Virus record (IMG/VR): IMGVR_UViG_3300021060_000040
Span: 1 to 64,000 of that record
From: a virus
Lineage: Duplodnaviria; Caudoviricetes
Reading direction: 5' to 3' (one strand)
DNA: 64,000 bases
Numbering within the stretch: position 1 is the stretch's first letter; each line of letters opens with the position of its first letter. Positions 63,880-64,000 of this stretch are shown piece after piece. Under the pieces are notes generated by a model that saw only the letters and a list, made by a program, of their open reading frames with translations, searched no databases and was not told where the DNA came from. The translations under genes and the position numbers were made by a program.

Positions 63880-64000
63880 GTGGACCTGCACGCCATCACC
63901 AGTCTCCTCCAGATGATCTGGGTGGACCTCCTTCTCTCCGGCGACAATGCCCTCGTGATCGCGATGGCGACCCGGAACCTGCCGCCCGCGCAGCAGCGCA
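63880..64000 (+). CDS. terC: TerC-family membrane protein (truncated by window end)
   Basis: IWVDLLLSGDNALVIAMATRNLP. Confidence 0.88.
   Translation, partial: MDLHAITSLLQMIWVDLLLSGDNALVIAMATRNLPPAQQR

Overview
High-GC (roughly 65-70%) segment of a large alphaproteobacterial, Methylobacterium-like prophage or phage-plasmid. No capsid, terminase or tail genes lie in this window. Layout, left to right: (1) Cre-like tyrosine recombinase and an AbrB/Doc toxin-antitoxin pair. (2) A leftward operon (2.5-6.4 kb) of small ORFs, thioredoxin, an atypical tRNA(CAT) and several strongly base-paired non-coding tracts. (3) A long rightward array of small hypothetical genes (10-36 kb) that includes a DUF3150-like/AAA/vWA-metallopeptidase trio. 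(4) A low-GC insert with 30-bp terminal inverted repeats and no transposase, carrying an NDT/TIR-like-TPR gene and a partner gene. (5) A cI-like repressor. (6) A replication/recombination block: RusA, DUF1376 protein, split Twinkle-type primase-helicase with an intein, SSB, RNA ligase, DnaQ, YqaJ and a putative SSAP. (7) NAD salvage (NadM-Nudix + NAMPT), NrdJ, MazG-like, GapR and TerB/TerC. The most striking unexplained signals are a 14-bp motif TTGCGCGATT(T/G)CAA with 19 exact copies almost all at gene junctions and oriented with transcription, the structured RNA cluster around the tRNA, the TIR-bounded defence-like cassette, and a strong excess of proteins ending in Ala-Ala. Family assignments are from motif recognition only; no database searches were run.
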